Part shown: positions 28,605 through 38,716 of the stretch, piece by piece
Layout: every line of letters starts with the position of its first letter
Numbering within the stretch: position 1 is the stretch's first letter
Notes under the pieces: generated by a model
Told to the model about the DNA's origin: nothing
Seen by the model: the letters and a program-made list of their open reading frames with translations, nothing else
The model's database searches: none
Program-made: the position numbers and the translations under genes
Origin: Bacteroidota bacterium
GTDB lineage: Bacteria > Bacteroidota > Bacteroidia > AKYH767-A > OLB10
Assembly (NCBI GenBank): GCA_031411335.1
Contig: JANOAX010000170.1
Location: forward strand, 2,306 to 66,305
Reading direction: 5' to 3'
DNA length: 64,000 nt

Positions 28605-30718
28605 AAGTTAGCTCCCAAGCTTCGTGCTTTTTGGAAATAGAGATTTGCTTTTGCTGTGTCTCCAGTATTTTGCAATGTAACTGCTAAATTCATTAACGCT
28701 TTTACATTGTTTGGATCTACATCGACGGAGCGTTGAAAGTAGATGAGTGCACTATCAAATTTTTGAAGCATCACGTAGCAATTCCCACTGTTATTGAGTG
28801 CATCGGTATACGAAGCATTAATGCTTAACGCTAATCGATATTCTTTTAGTGCTTCTTGATATTTGCCCACCTTCGCCCAAGCATTTCCTTTGTTATAAAT
28901 GGCTTTTTGAAAATTAGGTTTTAAGGATATTGATTTGTCTAAGGCAATGAGCGCCTCTTCAAATTTTCCAGCTTCACTGAGATAAAGTCCGTAGTTATTC
29001 CAATTGTCGGGTTCATTGGGTTCGAGTTTTACTGCAGTGGAAAGATCTGCTAGTGCTTTTTCGTATTGACCATCGATTCCATAAGCAACACCCGCGCTGG
29101 AAAAACGACTTGCTTCAGTAAAGGCCTTATACGATCTTGCTTTTTCAAAACAAGCAATTGCATTTTTCGCATCTCTTTTATCTTTGTAAGCAACACCCAA
29201 ATTGTACCAAGCGTCATTGTAGTTCGGTAAAATGGAAACGCCTTTAGTAAGTTCTACAATGGCTTGATCCAGTAAATTATTTCTTTCTGTACTCCCTTCA
29301 GGTGCAAGTAAGGCTTCTTCTACGAGTAGTGTACTTCCCAACGCATATCGAATACGTGCACTCTCCGGAGAGATTTTTACATCATGCTGCAATAAAGTCA
29401 AATTGTTTTTCCAGTTTAAATTTCGGCTATACGTTCGTCCTGCAAAAAGTAATAGTACGATTAAACTCGGGACAAATAAAATATTTTTTGTGATGGATGG
29501 TATTGTTAAATGGGTCTCTAATTTTTTATTTTTCTTAGCTAAGATGGAATTGGCCATCGCACCAACCAAGACACATAAACCCAATGTGGGTGTAAAAATA
29601 AATCGTTCGGCCATGGTAGCTTCAATCAGGAAAAATACATTGCTTACGAGTGAAACGGTTCCTAAAAAGAAAAGGATTCCGAACGCTGAGGCGGAACGCT
29701 GAGGTAAACTTCTAATGCTGTATATTAATCCAAATGCCAATGCAATCAATGTCAAAAGCACACCTGGATTCGAAAAAGTAACATTGGGAATGGTATTGTA
29801 ACTGTAATCGAAAACTAAGGTAACAGGCAATACAAATAGATACAAATATTTTCCAAGAATAGAAATAGCCGTAGCAATTTGAGAAGAAAAATTAGTAGCT
29901 CCCACCATACTATTATTGACGAGCATCAATTGATAATCACTTCCCCCTTCTCCTAAAATGAGTTGCCGAATGATTAAGTAAAGAACTATAAGTCCCACAT
30001 ACATCGAACTCAACGAAATTGTTTTTTTCAAACTTTCATTCGTGAAACACCAAATAGCTAAAGGAATTACTCCGGCCCATGTTACCGAATTTTCTTTCGA
30101 AAGTAATCCGAGAAAGAAAACGATGAATGATGCGATGAGTGCGTTCATTTTTTTTGAATCGAGGTGCAACATCAAAAAGCGCAACGTTAAAATGCCGAAG
30201 AAAAAACTCAACAGTTCATCTCTACTTTTAATATTGGCAACAACTTCCGTATGTACTGGATGAAAAACCCAAATGAATGTTACCAGAAGTGGAATGAAAG
30301 GATGCATTTTGTGAAGGAGTGAACGCATCAAAGAAAATAAGACCACTGCTGTCAGCGCATAGATAAATACATTCATAAAATGCCCAAGCCAAGGTTGCTC
30401 TGGTGCGATGGCCCATTCAATAGCAAACATGGCTACGGAAATAGGACGGTACAATCCTTCTGTTCTGTCCCAATACCCTGCTCGATAGGAAGAGGTAAAA
30501 ATTTCATCTAACCCCGACAATCCTTGAACCGTGAATTTGTTGTTCTTAATTACTGTGGTATCATCTACTGTATAATCATGACCAAGAGTATTTGCATAAA
30601 GAAGGAAGGCACCTATTCCAATGAAAATGTATAGGAATTTTTTGTTGAGAGGCTTCTCTGCGGAAACACTTGAAGTAGGAGTGTTGGTGTTAGGTGATTT
30701 TTTCTGTTTCACTTTCAT
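28601..30718 (-). CDS. Polytopic membrane protein with C-terminal TPR repeats (TMTC/PMT_2-like, DUF1736-type)
   Basis: The N-terminal ~450 aa hold multiple TM helices, including the LYANTLGHDYTVDDTTVIKNN motif typical of TMTC-like putative glycosyltransferases. The C-terminal ~250 aa are TPR repeats (AWYNLGVAYKD..., AIYNKGNAWAKVGKYQEALKEY...). Confidence 0.55.
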   Translation of the reverse strand: MKVKQKKSPNTNTPTSSVSAEKPLNKKFLYIFIGIGAFLLYANTLGHDYTVDDTTVIKNNKFTVQGLSGLDEIFTSSYRAGYWDRTEGLYRPISVAMFAIEWAIAPEQPWLGHFMNVFIYALTAVVLFSLMRSLLHKMHPFIPLLVTFIWVFHPVHTEVVANIKSRDELLSFFFGILTLRFLMLHLDSKKMNALIASFIVFFLGLLSKENSVTWAGVIPLAIWCFTNESLKKTISLSSMYVGLIVLYLIIRQLILGEGGSDYQLMLVNNSMVGATNFSSQIATAISILGKYLYLFVLPVTLVFDYSYNTIPNVTFSNPGVLLTLIALAFGLIYSIRSLPQRSASAFGILFFLGTVSLVSNVFFLIEATMAERFIFTPTLGLCVLVGAMANSILAKKNKKLETHLTIPSITKNILFVPSLIVLLLFAGRTYSRNLNWKNNLTLLQHDVKISPESARIRYALGSTLLVEEALLAPEGSTERNNLLDQAIVELTKGVSILPNYNDAWYNLGVAYKDKRDAKNAIACFEKARSYKAFTEASRFSSAGVAYGIDGQYEKALADLSTAVKLEPNEPDNWNNYGLYLSEAGKFEEALIALDKSISLKPNFQKAIYNKGNAWAKVGKYQEALKEYRLALSINASYTDALNNSGNCYVMLQKFDSALIYFQRSVDVDPNNVKALMNLAVTLQNTGDTAKANLYFQKARSLGANL

Positions 30719-30981
30719 GGGTTAAGGGTGAACAAAGATGAAGATACAATCTTTTAATGGATTCATATTTGTCTTTATGTTCGAATTTGATTGATTGATT
30801 TTTGTTTGATTCCATAATAATGGGATAAAAATACTGATTGCAGATAGAATGGAAGTTTATTTGAAAAACTATCTATAGAATCGTAATATACTGAAAATAA
30901 GACATTAACATATAATATTATTTAACTGATCTTGTCCTTGAATAGGTTCCTTTTTTATTTTGGTTTGAATATAATAAGATT

Positions 30982-30989
30982 TATATTTG
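30982..30989 (+). promoter_or_regulatory. Candidate Bacteroidota -7 promoter element (TAnnTTTG) for the 31024 gene
   Basis: tatatttg lies 34 nt upstream of the ATG, with a TTTG (-33-like) at 30964-30967. The spacing is a little short of the consensus, so the call is tentative. Confidence 0.3.
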
Positions 30990-31023
30990 CCTCAACTAAG
31001 AATTAAGATAAATTAAAAAAATT

Positions 31024-31362
31024 ATGAAAAAAATTGCACTCCCTATTTTAGTAGTTTGCACTATGGCATTATCATCGTGTACTACTCGTTTGATTGACTT
31101 TACAGTAATCAGTTCTAAAAATGTAACCTTGAGATTACCAAATGATGCTAAAGGTCCTCGCACAGAAGGTAAAGATTTTAAATGGTCTTGTGCTGGAATG
31201 CCTAACATTAAAGCTGCAACTGATAATGCTATTGAGAAAGCAGGTCCAGGTTATGACGCTTTAATCGATGGGGTTCTTTCTTATAAAAACTTGTACTTTA
31301 AAGGTGGTTATATCATTACTGGTACTCCTATCAAAACAAGTAAACTTAAAGCTAGCGAATAA
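31024..31362 (+). CDS. Hypothetical small lipoprotein
   Basis: Signal peptide plus lipobox MALSSCTT. 112 aa. No recognisable domain. Confidence 0.4.
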   Translation: MKKIALPILVVCTMALSSCTTRLIDFTVISSKNVTLRLPNDAKGPRTEGKDFKWSCAGMPNIKAATDNAIEKAGPGYDALIDGVLSYKNLYFKGGYIITGTPIKTSKLKASE

Positions 31363-31365
31363 TTC

Positions 31366-31434
31366 GTTAACTAAATCAAATAAAAAAGGCTGACTTCTTT
31401 CGAAGACAGCCTTTTTTATTTGATTTAGTTAAAC
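31366..31434. terminator. Bidirectional rho-independent terminator embedded in a ~69-bp near-perfect palindrome
   Basis: Stem ggctgacttc/gaagacagcc with loop tttc, flanked by an A6 run 5' and a T6 run 3'. The palindrome arms extend to gttaactaaatcaaataaaaaagg on both sides (~32-nt arms, 2 mismatches). It lies between convergent genes 31024..31362(+) and 31587..32192(-). Confidence 0.6.
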
Positions 31435-31586
31435 ATCCTATAAATTACAAACGACTTTATTAGAAAAACGCAATTATGTAAAGTAGAATTCGATTCAGGT
31501 CAGGGAAAAGAAACGAATTAAAATTAAATTGACTTCAACAATTAAATTATTTTAAATCGTTCTTCTAAAAATTCACATCTTTTAAA

Positions 31587-32192
31587 TTATAGTTCTAATA
31601 GTCCTTTGGAACAACTAGCTCTCGAGCCCGAGTCATTCTGATGTTTCCATCTTCGTTTACCATTTTTATCTACAATTACTTCACCTCTTATCCAACGATT
31701 ATTGTCTGTTGAATGTTTTTCCCATTTTACCTGAATAGGAATATGTAATTCCATAGCAGCATCATCACGATAAACATCAGCAAAGAAAATTTCAGTGTAT
31801 TGATTGACGCAATTGCCAACACATTTTTCTAATACTTTTGCACCGGCATTTTTGGCTACGGCCTCTACGAAGGATGCCGTTTCATTGTCATTTACATCAA
31901 ATTTTCCTTTAAACACAGATGGGATATTTTCTGACTCAGCGCTTGAATTTGATTTAGGAATTGCGGCGAAAGTATCTTCCGATCCATTCGCATATTTAAT
32001 TTTAGTGAGGTCACTTAAGGGAACTGTATAAGTAGGACCTTCTAAATTGTCAGTTTTTTTGTACTTTACGAATTCAGGGGTTAGTTCTAAAATTTTTGCT
32101 TTCACAGTTCGCCCATCATTTAAGGTGATCACATCTTGTGAAAAACCAATGGTGGAAACAAATAAAATTGCAATTAGAATAATTTTTTTCAT
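31587..32192 (-). CDS. Hypothetical secreted protein
   Basis: Signal peptide MKKIILIAILFVSTIGFSQ. 201 aa. It is the last gene of the minus-strand run that starts at the pyrophosphatase. Confidence 0.4.
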   Translation of the reverse strand: MKKIILIAILFVSTIGFSQDVITLNDGRTVKAKILELTPEFVKYKKTDNLEGPTYTVPLSDLTKIKYANGSEDTFAAIPKSNSSAESENIPSVFKGKFDVNDNETASFVEAVAKNAGAKVLEKCVGNCVNQYTEIFFADVYRDDAAMELHIPIQVKWEKHSTDNNRWIRGEVIVDKNGKRRWKHQNDSGSRASCSKGLLEL

Positions 32193-32251
32193 AGGGATTT
32201 AACGTATTTTAAGTGTTTAAAATTAAGCTTAATTTTTAATTTAGGCAAGTT

Positions 32252-33211
32252 TTATTTTATTTCTGACAAATTCCAAACATTAAGATTTCCATCAAATCGA
32301 CTAGCAACTAGACTCTTACCATCAGGAGAAAATTCTAATTGTAGAATTGCTTGGCCACCAATGGATAATCTGAATTTCTCTTGTTGTGTGGTAACATCCC
32401 ATACTATTAAAACGCCATCTACGGATGCACTCGCAATTAGTTGATCGTTGGGAGAAAGTGAAAGTGCAGCAATACCATCTTTATGTCCTGTTAAAGTATG
32501 AAGTAGTTTTCCGGTTTTAAAGTCCCAAATTTTAATGGTCTGATCAAAACTTCCGGTTATTAAGGTTTTCATATCCTTCGTTATTTTTGCTCCATAAACC
32601 CAATCCGTATGCCCAGCAAATGTTTTGACGATATTACCTGTTTTCAGATCCCAAACTTTTACAGTATTAGCATGATTGCAAGAAATCACATAATTACCAT
32701 CTGGTGTAAATATGGCATCGTCAGTCCAAATAGATTCTGACAATTCAATAACTTGTTTTAAGGTTGAGCTTTCCCAAATAACAAGTGCATTGTCTTTCCA
32801 ACTACTGCTGACAATGAATTGGTCGTCAGGTGAAAAATTTCCCGATTTCACATAAGTGGCATGTGCTTTTTTCTTACTTGTGATTCTTTTGAAATTAGAG
32901 CTTTTGTAAATTTGTAAACATTGCATACTGCCAATTGAAATTTTGTCACCTTTATGATTGTAATGAAGTGCAGTAATGGGATCATCTCCGAAAGAAAATT
33001 CTTTGATGACCTTGTAATTTTGCGCGACATCCCACACTTTTAATGCGCCATCTTTACTACCACTAATCAATGTTTTTCCATCTGGTGAAAAACTGCAAAC
33101 ATTAACGCCCGACTTATGTCCAGTTAATGTGAGCGGTTGTAATTCCTGTGCCATCATGACCGTTGGAAATATGAAGAGTAGAAGAAAATAGTTTATTGCT
33201 TTTTGAATCAT
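32252..33211 (-). CDS. Secreted WD40-repeat beta-propeller protein
   Basis: Signal peptide, then ~7 WD40 repeats (LTGHKSGVNVCSFSPDGKTLISGSKDGALKVWD; FAGHTDWVYGAKITKDMKTLITGSFDQTIKIWD; LTGHKDGIAALSLSPNDQLIASASVDGVLIVWD). Confidence 0.7.
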   Translation of the reverse strand: MIQKAINYFLLLFIFPTVMMAQELQPLTLTGHKSGVNVCSFSPDGKTLISGSKDGALKVWDVAQNYKVIKEFSFGDDPITALHYNHKGDKISIGSMQCLQIYKSSNFKRITSKKKAHATYVKSGNFSPDDQFIVSSSWKDNALVIWESSTLKQVIELSESIWTDDAIFTPDGNYVISCNHANTVKVWDLKTGNIVKTFAGHTDWVYGAKITKDMKTLITGSFDQTIKIWDFKTGKLLHTLTGHKDGIAALSLSPNDQLIASASVDGVLIVWDVTTQQEKFRLSIGGQAILQLEFSPDGKSLVASRFDGNLNVWNLSEIK

Positions 33212-33213
33212 GA

Positions 33214-34122
33214 TTATTTGGATAAGTGAACATTGGAAATAAATGTACTAAAGGAGATCATTTCAGATTTTAATTGATCGTTGTAATTTCTTTTTCTGAT
33301 ATAATTTTTTGGTGGTACAATATATCCAGATTGATTGGCTCCACCAAAATAGAAATATAAAAATAAATAGACACCTGCCGTGGCGGCAGTGATGTAATTT
33401 GCTTGTAGCACATTGTAAACGCCAAATGTGGCACTTCCACTCGTTAATAAAAGACTTAAAAATCCTTTTGAATAATTTCCGTTGTAGGCTTGGCCTAATC
33501 CCGGAAAGATCAATGACAACGTTTTTGCTTTATTGATACTCCTTAACTTGGGTTGGAGGGATGGGTCGTAAATGGAATCTAATGTTTGCTTCAGCACTAT
33601 TTTATTTTCTGCAGTGAACATCTTATTATTTTGAATGTAATCACTCATTACTTGATGGGCTTGATTCCATTTTCCTAATTCATCTAATATAAAAGTGTAA
33701 AGCAAAACGGAATTTAACTGAGTGTTAGTATGGAATGATTCAAGGTTAAATGAAGGCAAGATGTTTTTTTCGGCGAGCTCGAAATTGTCGCTGAGGTAAT
33801 AACCTAATGCTTTTTGAAAATAAATTTCTTGTTTTAAACTATCACTTAAGACTGATAATTCAATACGGGAAAGTAGACTTCCAATTTGTTCAAATTTTTG
33901 CTGTGCTTTTAAACAATTTGTTTTGGACAGTAGTGTAGTAGCTAAAAAATAGGCATCTCCCGGACGCTCATAAATAGCGCGCTCATACATCAATGATGCT
34001 TGATCAAATTGCTGTATTGCAAATAAACTGTCGGCCGATTCCAGCGTTTGTGTAAACGCTTTAGTGGAAAATACGGTCAACAGGAACATGCAAGCCCACC
34101 CTGATGTTATGCTGTATCTCAT
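33214..34122 (-). CDS. Hypothetical secreted/membrane protein; C-terminal LIxPGLGQxYNG domain (DUF5683-like), N-terminal TPR-like region
   Basis: Signal peptide MRYSITSGWACMFLLTVFSTKAFTQ. C-terminal ...LSLIFPGLGQAYNGNYSKGFLSLLL...GVYLFLYFYFGG is hydrophobic. It is a paralog of the upstream gene. The DUF name is from memory. Confidence 0.4.
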   Translation of the reverse strand: MRYSITSGWACMFLLTVFSTKAFTQTLESADSLFAIQQFDQASLMYERAIYERPGDAYFLATTLLSKTNCLKAQQKFEQIGSLLSRIELSVLSDSLKQEIYFQKALGYYLSDNFELAEKNILPSFNLESFHTNTQLNSVLLYTFILDELGKWNQAHQVMSDYIQNNKMFTAENKIVLKQTLDSIYDPSLQPKLRSINKAKTLSLIFPGLGQAYNGNYSKGFLSLLLTSGSATFGVYNVLQANYITAATAGVYLFLYFYFGGANQSGYIVPPKNYIRKRNYNDQLKSEMISFSTFISNVHLSK

Positions 34123-34942
34123 CTACTTTTTCTTGATAAACAATTTGCGCACTGATTGAGCTTCCCCATATTCCACCAATATAGAAGAGTGAAAATAAGG
34201 AACCAAAGATATAGAACTGTACATTTTTGAATCCACCATGGAGGTAGTTCTCCGCTGTTATAATTCCAAGTGGTACTACTTTTAAGAAGGAAGCCAAGGC
34301 TTGGCCTGGCAAACCCGTATACACCTTCCCTAATCCTGGAATTAGGGCCGATAATGCTCCGGCTACAAACCCTGATTTCTTTTTCATGTTTTGTAGGAGG
34401 TAACTATAGTCACTTAAATATTTTAATTCAGTACGAATGGTTGAATCTTCTGGAAAAAATCCGGTAGCTAAAAGATCAAACTGTTCATAGTCTTTTTGAA
34501 GTAAGGATAATCCCGCTAATTCAAATATGCGTAACTCATAAAGTATTCCCGATTCTGCTTCGGGAGCATCGTAAATTTTTTGATAAGCTAAGTCGTATTT
34601 ATGTTCATCCATCTCCATTAAACCTGAAGTATAGGCAGATGGTATTTTAAAAACAGAATAGATGCTTACCAAATCAAAATAATGACGCGCCTTGATTGTA
34701 TTTTTAAAATCAGCGAATAAAGTTCCACTGGCAAAAGCCACAGAGTCGCGAAAATCTTGTGTAAAAGCAATCGTATCGTTTAGTAGTTGGTTACTATAAA
34801 ATTCTAAATCATCGATCTGTTTACTTTCACCTAAATGAAAAATAAAATTCAACTCATCCCGGAGTTGAATGGTATCTTCTTGTGCGAAACCGATGAATGG
34901 AAACAAAAAACACATCCATAAAACGATGAATTTTATTTTCAT
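34061..34942 (-). CDS. Hypothetical secreted/membrane protein, paralog of 33214..34122
   Basis: Signal peptide MKIKFIVLWMCFLFPFIGFAQ. C-terminal ...LSALIPGLGKVYTGLPGQALASFLKV...SLFSLFYIGGIWG. It overlaps the next gene by 62 nt in another frame. Confidence 0.4.
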   Translation of the reverse strand: MKIKFIVLWMCFLFPFIGFAQEDTIQLRDELNFIFHLGESKQIDDLEFYSNQLLNDTIAFTQDFRDSVAFASGTLFADFKNTIKARHYFDLVSIYSVFKIPSAYTSGLMEMDEHKYDLAYQKIYDAPEAESGILYELRIFELAGLSLLQKDYEQFDLLATGFFPEDSTIRTELKYLSDYSYLLQNMKKKSGFVAGALSALIPGLGKVYTGLPGQALASFLKVVPLGIITAENYLHGGFKNVQFYIFGSLFSLFYIGGIWGSSISAQIVYQEKVDEIQHNIRVGLHVPVDRIFH

Positions 34943-35493
34943 TCGTGCGTATGTTTCTTTAATCGATAGTAGGAAGGGAAATCGATAATGTTTCCTTTTT
35001 CATTCATCCGAAGGGCATGAATTTGTTTTATCGTCGATTTAGTGCAACGCGTTAATCGATCTGCACTAAGTGCTAAACCTTTTATCAATCCAAATTCTTG
35101 TATGCTTTGCTTACTGAATGCTGAACATGAAACTTCGTAAGGGCAATCGGCAGCAATTTGTGAAGAGATCACCGCTTGGTAGGTATAGAGCATCCCACCA
35201 AAAAACAGACTCACGGGATTATATTTTATAATATTTCTTTTTCCTACAATTAAAAAACTTGGTTTCTTTTTAATGGGGTAAGGATTTTTCCTTTCGTGGG
35301 TTGCCATTAATTCAAAATCGCTTTTTGGATTATCGTTAGTCGAGGTGGCAACATTTAGTAAACTATCTTCTGATTCAATTGAAAAATAAGAAACATCTGC
35401 AAAAGCCATCGAAGCAGTAGATAAAAACAATACTCCCATCAACAGGAAAAATGTTGACCATTTCAGAGGAGATATTGAATAAATTTTAACCAC
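34939..35493 (-). CDS. YidD-like (membrane protein insertion efficiency factor family) protein with N-terminal extension
   Basis: YTYQAVISSQIAADCPYEVSCSAFSKQSIQEFGLIKGLALSADRLTRC matches the YidD/haemolytic-domain core (Y.YQ..IS...C.F.PSCS.Y...A...G...G..L...R..RC). At 184 aa it is about twice the usual length, with a signal/TM helix at the N-terminus. Confidence 0.5.
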   Translation of the reverse strand: MVKIYSISPLKWSTFFLLMGVLFLSTASMAFADVSYFSIESEDSLLNVATSTNDNPKSDFELMATHERKNPYPIKKKPSFLIVGKRNIIKYNPVSLFFGGMLYTYQAVISSQIAADCPYEVSCSAFSKQSIQEFGLIKGLALSADRLTRCTKSTIKQIHALRMNEKGNIIDFPSYYRLKKHTHE

Positions 35494-35585
35494 TATACAA
35501 AGTTAAGGATTTTAGAGGAAGCACGATCGAAAAACAGAAAAGCCTGCGATCGAATCACAGGCTCTTCATTATTAGGAAGTAAATA

Positions 35586-38288
35586 TTATTTACAGCAATT
35601 TTCTTTTTGACCCTTGCAAGCCATGCCTTTGTCTTCACACATCTTCATGCAAGCCGCATCACAACCATTGGCACAACTGTGGTTGGCATCCGATTGATGC
35701 ATCGGACATGGTTTTCCATTTCCGCATTCGATGCCTTTTTCTTTGCACATTTTCATGCAATCATTATCGCAACCTTTAGCAGAGCTGGAATGCATCGGGC
35801 AAGGTTTTCCATTTCCGCATTCAATGCCTTTTTCTTTGCACATTTTCATGCATTCACTATCGCAACTTGCTTTTTTGTTTTTGCAACAATCAGCACCTGT
35901 GATTTTTTCACAAGAAGACGATTTCATATGACATTTGCCATTTTCCATCTTAACACAGTCGGTCGAATCGCATTTTCCTTCAGCCATCCATGCTGCGCAA
36001 GTAGCTGAATCAATCACGCAATTTCCTTCTGCATCCATATCACAGGCACTTTCCATGTCCATATGACATTCCATCTTGTCTTTGCTTGCACAACAATCGT
36101 CAGCACCCATTCCTGAACCTACACCATGACCACCATTCACGGCGATTAATGGAGCAATGGTTAATCCTACTAGAGAAGAAAGTTTAATTAAAATATTCAT
36201 CGACGGACCTGAAGTATCTTTAAAAGGATCACCTACGGTATCACCTACAACAGCCGCTTTATGTGGTTCTGATTTTTTGTAATACATAACGCCGTCAATG
36301 TTCACTCCTTTTTCAAATGCTTTCTTTGCATTATCCCAAGCACCACCAGCGTTGTTTTGGAAAATTGCCCACAGCACTCCGCTCACGGTTACACCAGCCA
36401 TATACGCACCTAATGCTTCAGCACCCATTACTAATCCAACAATAATTGGAGTTACAATTGTGATTACGCCCGGTAACATCATTTCGCGCAAAGCAGCCTT
36501 CGTAGAAATTTCTACACAACGACTATAATCTGGTTTTCCGGTTCCTTCCATAATACCTGGAATTTCGCGGAACTGACGACGTACTTCATTCACCATTTCC
36601 ATAGCCGCTTTACCAACAGAATTCATAGCCAATGCAGAGAATACTACAGGAATCATTCCACCAATAAATAAGGCAGCTAATACTTTCGCATCGAAAATAT
36701 TGATTCCGTTAATGCCAGTCAATGTTACATAAGCAGCAAATAATGCTAATGCAGTTAATGCAGCAGAAGCAATCGCAAATCCTTTTCCGATAGCGGCGGT
36801 TGTATTTCCTACTGAATCTAAAATATCTGTTTTCTCACGTACATCAGCAGGAAGTTCACTCATCTCTGCTATACCACCTGCATTATCTGCAATGGGTCCA
36901 AAAGCATCAATTGCTAATTGCATAGCAGTAGTTGCCATCATCGCAGACGCTGCAATTCCTACTCCGTAAAATCCAGCTAATGCATAAGCGCCCCAAATAG
37001 CACCGGCAAATAAAATTACGGGGAATGCAGTAGAAAGCATTCCGGTTCCAAGTCCTGCAATGATATTTGTTGCAGCTCCTGTTGCCGATTTTTCTACAAT
37101 GTTTAATACAGGTCTTTTATTTAATCCTGTATAAAATTCTGTGATGTATGAAATAGCAGCTCCTACAAACATTCCGATGACTACCGACCAAAACACATTC
37201 ATGGAAGAAGTGTAAAGCGTTGTGAATTCACCACCTGAAAATGCGCTCATCGTCATTTGGTCAGGAAGCATCATATCAATTAAGAAATAAGAGGCGATCA
37301 AAGCAATGATGATGGAAACCCAGTTTCCGCGATTTAATGCTGATTGTACTGAATCAGTAGTAGCAGCAGCCGTTTCTTTGATACTCACTAACCACGATCC
37401 AACGATTGAAGCAACAATACCAAAACCAGCAATACATAATGGTAATAGAATGGGACCAATTCCGCCAAACGCATCTTCTATACCACCCATGTCGCGAATG
37501 ATATAATTTCCTAATACCATCGATGCAAGAACAGTCGCCACATAAGAACCAAATAAATCGGCACCCATACCAGCAACGTCACCTACGTTATCACCTACGT
37601 TATCTGCAATCGTAGCTGGATTACGTGGATCATCTTCAGGAATTCCAGCTTCTACTTTTCCTACTAAGTCAGCACCTACGTCAGCAGCTTTGGTATAAAT
37701 ACCACCACCTACACGAGCAAAGAGTGCAATCGACTCAGCACCTAATGAGAATCCTGCAAGTACTTCTAATACTTGAGTCATCTGTTCTGTGCTTGTCATT
37801 TGACTTCCCATGAAAAAACTGTAGAGGAAAATGAACATTAAACTTAATCCAAGTACTGCTAATCCAGCAACACCTAAACCCATTACCATTCCGCCCGAGA
37901 AAGAAACTTTCAATGCTTTCGCAAGAGATGTACGTGCAGCTTGTGTCGTGCGAACATTTGCTTTAGTAGCAACGCGCATTCCGCTGTAGCCTGCAATGGC
38001 ACTAAATACACCACCACAAATAAATGCAGCAACGATTAAGATGTGTGAGCTGGCTACTACTTGACTTAATATTCCTAAGCCAATACTTGCAATAACCATA
38101 AAGATGGCGAGTATTCTATATTCTGATTTCAAGAATGCCATTGCGCCTTCTGCAATTGCGGTTGAAATGGTTTGCATTTTTTCATCACCCGCATCTTGTT
38201 TATTCACCCAACTGGATTTAATAAACATGTAGATTAATCCAAGTACGCCAAGGGCAGGTACGATATATACGAAATTTTCCATAGTCAT
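35586..38288 (-). CDS. hppA: Membrane-bound H+/Na+-translocating pyrophosphatase (K+-dependent type) fused to a ~175-aa Cys/Met/His-rich C-terminal tail
   Basis: Hallmark [19 protein letters not shown] plus DNVGDNVGD and 15-16 TM helices. [10 protein letters not shown] carries Ala at the K+-dependence position. The C-terminal tail from ...[10 protein letters not shown] to the end contains ~40 Cys and repeated [21 protein letters not shown] units. Confidence 0.85.
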   Translation of the reverse strand: MTMENFVYIVPALGVLGLIYMFIKSSWVNKQDAGDEKMQTISTAIAEGAMAFLKSEYRILAIFMVIASIGLGILSQVVASSHILIVAAFICGGVFSAIAGYSGMRVATKANVRTTQAARTSLAKALKVSFSGGMVMGLGVAGLAVLGLSLMFIFLYSFFMGSQMTSTEQMTQVLEVLAGFSLGAESIALFARVGGGIYTKAADVGADLVGKVEAGIPEDDPRNPATIADNVGDNVGDVAGMGADLFGSYVATVLASMVLGNYIIRDMGGIEDAFGGIGPILLPLCIAGFGIVASIVGSWLVSIKETAAATTDSVQSALNRGNWVSIIIALIASYFLIDMMLPDQMTMSAFSGGEFTTLYTSSMNVFWSVVIGMFVGAAISYITEFYTGLNKRPVLNIVEKSATGAATNIIAGLGTGMLSTAFPVILFAGAIWGAYALAGFYGVGIAASAMMATTAMQLAIDAFGPIADNAGGIAEMSELPADVREKTDILDSVGNTTAAIGKGFAIASAALTALALFAAYVTLTGINGINIFDAKVLAALFIGGMIPVVFSALAMNSVGKAAMEMVNEVRRQFREIPGIMEGTGKPDYSRCVEISTKAALREMMLPGVITIVTPIIVGLVMGAEALGAYMAGVTVSGVLWAIFQNNAGGAWDNAKKAFEKGVNIDGVMYYKKSEPHKAAVVGDTVGDPFKDTSGPSMNILIKLSSLVGLTIAPLIAVNGGHGVGSGMGADDCCASKDKMECHMDMESACDMDAEGNCVIDSATCAAWMAEGKCDSTDCVKMENGKCHMKSSSCEKITGADCCKNKKASCDSECMKMCKEKGIECGNGKPCPMHSSSAKGCDNDCMKMCKEKGIECGNGKPCPMHQSDANHSCANGCDAACMKMCEDKGMACKGQKENCCK

Positions 38289-38716
38289 TATTTAAGGGCT
38301 GCGAAGGTAGTTTTTAAATAGAAAGTAGGCAAATATGAATAGGTATATTATTAATTTATAGTGATTTATAGGAGCTAGTTGTGATGTATTGGGGTTACGG
38401 GGAGATGGGCTTTAAAGTCATTAAGTTAATTTAAGTATTGATTAACAATGATTTATATAAAATGTACTACTTTGAGGGGCTCTAGGTTAAATCAATCTTA
38501 TTTTTTGGGAAATAAGCTCAATTGATGAGAATTATTGATTGAATTAAGAGTAAAAGAGGATTCTTCTATAAGGGAACTAATTTTTCAGCCTTGAAATATA
38601 TTTTGATTTATTGGAAACTATCTTCCTGCCATGCATGTCGGCAGGCAGGCACGGAAAACACAAAAAAAGGCGCGGAGTAATTATTGTTAAATTCCAATTA
38701 TATTTCACCTTTTCTT

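Noticed and set aside
35607-36008. 133-aa His/Phe-rich + strand ORF (and 35731..35931) opposite the PPase tail
   Set aside because: It is an antisense artefact of the Cys-codon-rich (TGC/TGT, read as GCA/ACA) 75-bp duplicated region. The duplicated peptide mirrors the DNA repeat.
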